From: Elusimicrobiota bacterium
GTDB taxonomy: Bacteria; Elusimicrobiota; Elusimicrobia; UBA1565
DNA: 64,000 bases
Direction of reading: 5' to 3'
Assembly (NCBI GenBank): GCA_016196755.1
Contig: JACPXC010000039.1
Location: 10,645-74,644, forward strand
Shown here: in pieces, positions 59,739 to 64,000 of the stretch
Numbering within the stretch: the stretch's first letter is position 1
Layout: every line of letters begins with the position of its first letter
The notes under the pieces: generated by a model
Databases searched by the model: none
Told to the model about the DNA's origin: nothing
What the model saw: only the letters and a program-made list of their open reading frames with translations
Program-made: the position numbers and the translations under genes

Positions 59739-61240
59739 CAGATGAGGCTCGCGGCGCCCTCGCCGCCGAGGACGATCAGGCCGCGCTCCGACATCGCGCG
59801 CGCCTCGGCCAGGATCCGGCCGCGGGCGGCCATGACCTTGTCGCGGGACTGCGGCTGGCGCAGGACCGAGCCGACCACGGCCTTGACCTCCAGCGGGAAC
59901 TCGGCGAGGATCTTGTCGGAGAGGTCGGCCGTCGTGCCGCGCAGGGCCAGGCCCCAGACCTCCTGGGGGACGGCGGTGATGAGCCGGCGCAGGTCGCGGC
60001 GCTCGAGGCCCGCCAACGCCTCGAACGGGAACAGGGCCGACTCCACGTCGCGCGCCGCGTCGGGGTCGCCGCTGATGAGCCCTCCCAGGACCTCCTCGCG
60101 GGTCTCCGGCGGGACGCGGCTGAGCAGGGCCCCGAGCCGCCGCGGCCCCTCGATCCCGCTCTCGAAGCGCGCGCGCAGGCGCTCCTCGAGGTCGTCGACC
60201 TTGCGCGGGTCGGCCTCGGAGAGCCGGGCCAGCGCCGCCGCCACGGAGGTCTGCAGCGGCGGGGGCAGGGACTCGAAGAGCCGGCCGGCGGCGTCCGGGG
60301 CGCTCTCGGATATCTGGGAGAAGAGCAGAGCGAGCTCGTCGGCGTTCTCCGAGGCCAGCCGCCGGGCGGCCTCCTGGGGCTCCCTTTCTATTAGGAAGTC
60401 GAAGCGCCGCCCCAAGGCCGGCAGGCGTCCGCCCGCCGCCAGCGACGGGTCGGCGCCGAGGTCGGCCAGGGAAGGCAGCCCGCCCCCCAAGAGCTCCATG
60501 GGACGCTCGGGCCCGGACGCGGCGCCGCCCTGGACCGAGGTCTGGGGGATGCGCTCGAAGCGTGAGCTGGCGATGGTCCCCAGCTCTCTCAGAAGGATGC
60601 GGACGCCGCGCAGGCCCGCCAAGACCACGATGGAGGCCAGGAGCAGGCCGCCGAACAGCCCGCCCGCCAGAAGGGCGCCCAGGCGCACGCCCTCGCTCGT
60701 GAAGGCCAGCGCCTTCCACGCCGGCATGAGGTCGGCGCGCAGGACCGTCAGGTCGTCCTCGCGCTCGGCCGCCAGGCGCAGGAGGTCGGGCAGAAGGCGC
60801 CGCACCGCGTTCTCCTGGGCCGCGGTGACCTTGCTGTCGATCACCACCGTCACGTTGACGCGCTTTATCTGCAGGCCGGGGTGGCGGGTCGAGCGCTCGA
60901 CGTCCTTCTGCACGAACTGGATCTCCGACTTGTCGTCGGCGATGGCCGCGTAGCCCGGCAGCTTGTCGCCGGCCAGGCTCGGGGGCTTGAGGACCGGCGT
61001 CACGACCTCCGACTGGGTCTGCACCTCGCTGATCTCGCCCTGGACGGTGACGAAGACCCGGGCCCGGCCCGGACCCAGCAGGCCGTCGAGGAAGTCGCGG
61101 GCCTGGCGCTCCATGCGCGCCGCGGCCTCATCGGACTCGGCGGCCGCGTACGCCGGGGCGCCGTGCCCCAGGATGGCGACCGCGGCCAATAGCGCCGCCG
61201 TTCTCATACCCCCCCAGGATGCCATGGCCCTATGACGCAT
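59738..61240 (-). CDS. FliF-like (MS-ring, YscJ/FliF family) periplasmic domain + TM + FliG-like middle and C-terminal domains in one polypeptide
   Basis: The start may be ATG 61207 (MRTAALLAAVAILG). Periplasmic hallmarks: GRARVFVTV and PGLQIKRVNVTVVIDSKV...EDDLTVLRADL. TM segment: GALLAGGLFGGLLLASIVVLAGL. Cytoplasmic part: ENADELALLFSQISE.. (FliG_M-like) and LFPFEALAGLERRDLRRLITAVPQEVWGLALRGTTADL...ERGLIVLGGE (FliG_C-like). Confidence 0.7.
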   Translation of the reverse strand: MRHRAMASWGGMRTAALLAAVAILGHGAPAYAAAESDEAAARMERQARDFLDGLLGPGRARVFVTVQGEISEVQTQSEVVTPVLKPPSLAGDKLPGYAAIADDKSEIQFVQKDVERSTRHPGLQIKRVNVTVVIDSKVTAAQENAVRRLLPDLLRLAAEREDDLTVLRADLMPAWKALAFTSEGVRLGALLAGGLFGGLLLASIVVLAGLRGVRILLRELGTIASSRFERIPQTSVQGGAASGPERPMELLGGGLPSLADLGADPSLAAGGRLPALGRRFDFLIEREPQEAARRLASENADELALLFSQISESAPDAAGRLFESLPPPLQTSVAAALARLSEADPRKVDDLEERLRARFESGIEGPRRLGALLSRVPPETREEVLGGLISGDPDAARDVESALFPFEALAGLERRDLRRLITAVPQEVWGLALRGTTADLSDKILAEFPLEVKAVVGSVLRQPQSRDKVMAARGRILAEARAMSERGLIVLGGEGAASLI

Positions 61241-61288
61241 TTGTTGCCGTAGCGGCGACCGAGCGTTATCGCGAGGAAGTGCCGCATC

Positions 61289-62632
61289 CTAGGCCTTGGA
61301 GGCGGCCGGTCCTGAGACGGGGAAACGGACGAGGAACGTGGAGCCCTTGCCCGGGGCGGAGTCCAGGCGCACGTCGCCGCCGTGGAGCTCGGCCACGCGC
61401 TTGACCAGGGCCAACCCCAGCCCCGTGCCGGGCCCGCGGGTACCCTTGACGCGCTCGAACGGCCGGAACAGGGACTTCTGGGCCTCGGCCGGGATCCCCG
61501 CCCCGGTGTCGGTCACCGCCAGCTCCAGGGTCCGGCCGTCGGCCCCCTTGCGGGCCGAGACCCGGACCCTCCCCCCCCGCGGGGTGAACTTGATCGCGTT
61601 GGAGACGAGGTTCGCGATGACCTGTGCTACGAGGTCGGAGTCCATGCGCGCCTGCGGGAGGTCGGCGGCCACCTCGGCGCCGAGGTCGAGCCCCCCTTCG
61701 CGGGCATGCGAGGCGAAGAAGGCCGCGGCGTCCTCGACGATGGGACCCAGGGCGGCCGGCCGCAGGCGGAGCTCCACCGACCCGCGCGCCACCTTCGCGG
61801 TCTCGAGCAGGCTCGTGACGAAGTGCTCGAGCCGGCCCAGGTTGCGCTCGAAGGACTCCAGGCGCTTGGCGGCGGACTCCGGCAGGCCGCCCTCCGAGCG
61901 CAGGTCCTTGAGGTGGTGGCGCATCGCCGCCAGCGGGGCGCGCAGCTCGTGGGTCACCGCCGCGACGAAGGTGCGCTTGGACTCGTCGAGCTCGCCCAGG
62001 CGGCGGCCCGCCTCGCGCACCCCGCGGGCCAAGCGGGCGATCTCGTCGGAGCCCGAGGCCTCGGGCGCCGAGTCGAAGCGGCCCTCGGCCAGGCCGGCGA
62101 CCGAGCGCTCGATCTCGACGAGGCGCCGGGTGAGGCTGCCGGAGAGCAGTATCGAGGCCAAGAGGCCGACCGCCGCGGCCGCCCCTCCCGAGCGCAGGGC
62201 GTCGGCCAGGAGCAGGCCGTAGGCCTTCCGGCGCCCCTCGGCCGCCGTGCCCTGGTCGATGTTGAGCTGGACGGCCGCCGCCGTGGTGCCGCCCGGCCCC
62301 GGGACCCAGGCGCTGCGTTCATCGAGCGAGTCCACGGGCCGGGACTCGCCCACGTCGCGCCAGGGGTCGCCGCCCAGGCGCACGCGCGCCGAGGCGATGA
62401 CGGGGTGGTCCTTGCGCAGGGACGCGATGGCGTCGAGGAAGGCCAGCATGTCTCCCGAGAGCACCGCCTCGTTGGCCGCGGCCTCGGCCCGGGCCACCAG
62501 CATGTTCATGCGCTCCTCGTCGGCGCGGACCAGGGCCCGGCTCTGCAGGTGCAGGAAGACCGCGGCGGCGCCGGCCGTGGCGCCGGCCATCGCCACCGCG
62601 AGGATCAAGGCCAGCTTGAGGCGTACGCTCAC
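61289..62632 (-). CDS. Membrane sensor histidine kinase (HAMP, HisKA, HATPase)
   Basis: Track ORF 61289-63028 trimmed to GTG 62632-62630 (VSVRLKLALILAVAMAG). HAMP (LTRRLVEIERSVAGLAEGRF), H-box THELRAPLAAM, NLVSNAIKFTP, VTDTGAGIP, GTGLGL. Confidence 0.9.
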   Translation of the reverse strand: MSVRLKLALILAVAMAGATAGAAAVFLHLQSRALVRADEERMNMLVARAEAAANEAVLSGDMLAFLDAIASLRKDHPVIASARVRLGGDPWRDVGESRPVDSLDERSAWVPGPGGTTAAAVQLNIDQGTAAEGRRKAYGLLLADALRSGGAAAAVGLLASILLSGSLTRRLVEIERSVAGLAEGRFDSAPEASGSDEIARLARGVREAGRRLGELDESKRTFVAAVTHELRAPLAAMRHHLKDLRSEGGLPESAAKRLESFERNLGRLEHFVTSLLETAKVARGSVELRLRPAALGPIVEDAAAFFASHAREGGLDLGAEVAADLPQARMDSDLVAQVIANLVSNAIKFTPRGGRVRVSARKGADGRTLELAVTDTGAGIPAEAQKSLFRPFERVKGTRGPGTGLGLALVKRVAELHGGDVRLDSAPGKGSTFLVRFPVSGPAASKA

Positions 62633-62636
62633 GTTT

Positions 62637-64000
62637 TCACCGTTTCTTGAGCCGCTCGAGGGCGCGGCGCGCCGGGACGTTCTCGGGGTCGAGCTGGAGG
62701 ACGCGCATGAAGGCGGCGGTGGCCTGCAGCTGCTCGCCGCGGGCGTAGTGCTCGACGCCCTTCTGGTAGAGGCGCTCGACCTCGCGCGGGTCGACCTTGC
62801 GCGGCGCCGCGATCTGGTCGGGGGAGGCGTCCAGCGCCTGCGCGGCGCGGTCGATCGGCGCCACGGCCCGGACCGGCGCGGGGGCGGCGGCCGCCGGACC
62901 GCCGGGGAGCTGGGTGGGCGCTTGGCCCAGCGCGGCGCGGGCCTTGGCCATGTACTCCTCGAGGGCGCGGCGCTCGCCGGCGTCCTTCTCCTGCGGCAGG
63001 GCCTTGTTCCAGGCGTCCAAGGCCTCATTATAGCGCCCGGTGATGTAATACGTGGAGCCCAGCCGCTCGAGCATCCGGACGTTGGCCGGGTCGAGGGTGG
63101 CGATGTCCTCGAGCAGGGCCAGCGAGCGGTCGCTGTCGCCGCGGTTGTGGGCCGCCTCGACGCGCTGCAGGAGCTCGGCCATGAAGGTCCGCGGGTGGCC
63201 GCTGGGCAGGCGCTCGGCCGGGATGCCGACGCCCTCCTCGACCTTCTTGAGGAAGTTGTCGAGCTTGGCGTCGTTGGGGACCATGCTCAGGGCGTAGGAG
63301 CCGAAGAGCACGGCCTCGCGGTCGCGGGCGTAGAGGAAGGACGAGATCATCTTGGCCAGGTTCTCCATCGCCTTCTCCGGCTTGCTCGGCTGCTCGGAGT
63401 AGTAATAGACGACCAGGCCCAGACGGTTGGCCAGGCGGTTGAGGGCGGGGTCGGCGGGCAGGTTTTTGGCCAGCTCGAGCAGGGTGCCGCGCGCCTCGCG
63501 ATAGCGGCCGACCTCGACCAACGCCTTCACGCGCGCCAGCGACGGGTCGGTCAGGTCGCGCGGCCGCAGGGCGTCGCTGTAGTCCTTGCCGTACTCGGGG
63601 TCCTTGCCCTCGCGGGCGCGGCGCACGTCCTCGAGCAGGGCCCCGCTGATCTCGTCCTCGGGCGAGGGCGCGCCGAAGTGGAAGTTGAAGGAGAACCGAT
63701 GCGTCCCCATGGTCTCGGAGATCGTGCCCATCGGCATCAGGAAGGCGTAGTCGATGCCGATCTTGTTGATCCGGTAGGACAGGCCGGCCGAGACCTGGCG
63801 GAACTCGCGGCTGCCGATCCCCAGGCCGCCGCGGACGCCGAAGTTCCCGCCGGTCAAGGACGGGAAGAAGCGCTCGACGCCGACCAGGATGTCGCGGTCG
63901 GCCGAGCCGGAGGGGCCCTTCACGCTGCGCAGCTCCCCGGTCAAGTTCATCCAGAGCGCCTTGTAGGCCGCGCCGAGGCGGATGTCCATCGGCAGCTTGT
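62637..64000 (-). CDS. PorV/PorQ-like beta-barrel (C-terminal part visible) fused to a TPR-repeat region; N-terminus beyond window end
   Basis: The frame stays open to the window edge upstream of the track's ATG 63989. IDYAFLMPMGTISETMGTHRFSFNFHF parallels the C-terminus of the 27984-28862 barrel (LSYGVLPMGELGNTHRFSLGSRF). About 330 aa of TPR-like helices follow (YYITGRYNEALDAWNKAL; GVEHYARGEQLQATAAFMRVLQLDPEN). Confidence 0.6.
   Translation of the reverse strand, partial: KLPMDIRLGAAYKALWMNLTGELRSVKGPSGSADRDILVGVERFFPSLTGGNFGVRGGLGIGSREFRQVSAGLSYRINKIGIDYAFLMPMGTISETMGTHRFSFNFHFGAPSPEDEISGALLEDVRRAREGKDPEYGKDYSDALRPRDLTDPSLARVKALVEVGRYREARGTLLELAKNLPADPALNRLANRLGLVVYYYSEQPSKPEKAMENLAKMISSFLYARDREAVLFGSYALSMVPNDAKLDNFLKKVEEGVGIPAERLPSGHPRTFMAELLQRVEAAHNRGDSDRSLALLEDIATLDPANVRMLERLGSTYYITGRYNEALDAWNKALPQEKDAGERRALEEYMAKARAALGQAPTQLPGGPAAAAPAPVRAVAPIDRAAQALDASPDQIAAPRKVDPREVERLYQKGVEHYARGEQLQATAAFMRVLQLDPENVPARRALERLKKR

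Overview
Very GC-rich bacterial chromosomal segment: codon third positions are almost always G/C, and AT-richer sequence is confined to a few intergenic regions. I call about 55 protein genes. I see no rRNA, tRNA, CRISPR array, transposase or integrase. Many long ORFs in the supplied track are Arg/Pro/Gly-rich shadows of real genes on the other strand or frame, and I discarded them. Several real genes were trimmed to internal starts. One gene (S1-domain protein, 1-944, minus) is missing from the track because it runs off the window. Layout by region follows. (1) 1-7.4 kb is housekeeping: S1 protein, HtrA, ROK kinase, DUF952, an Omp85-like barrel coupled to a GGDEF protein, and a DEAD-box helicase. 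(2) 7.4-16.3 kb is a nine-gene, start/stop-overlapping, self-contained type-II fatty-acid/polyketide-like 'secondary lipid' operon: enoyl reductase, KAS III, FabA plus pseudo-hotdog, FabG, FabZ-like, KAS I/II, ACP-like protein, LPLAT-PPTase fusion, FabD-like. (3) 16.4-28 kb holds PpiC, a secreted pair, Kup, a response regulator, VapBC, a thioesterase, an AbiEi-like/NTase pair and aromatic amino-acid genes. (4) 28-50 kb is a cell-surface island of two divergent operons, each with a giant protein. One is a 2513-aa T9SS-type cargo coupled to a PorV-like barrel. The other is a 2644-aa protein with 15 tandem ~154-aa repeats, coupled to a secreted partner and a TIGR04283/TIGR04282-like transferase pair. 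An unusual low-GC, triply nested palindromic element separates the two operons. (5) 50-64 kb holds a second VapBC, two DUF4143 ATPases and an ECF sigma/anti-sigma pair. It also holds my best candidate for an undescribed system: a REC-OmpR-MotA-MotB operon plus a natural FliF-FliG fusion placed between kinases and a PorV-like/TPR protein, with no other flagellar genes in the window. A recurrent '-10 hexamer, 6 nt, start codon' geometry suggests leaderless mRNAs at many operon heads. All functional calls rest on motif recognition by eye, not on database searches.
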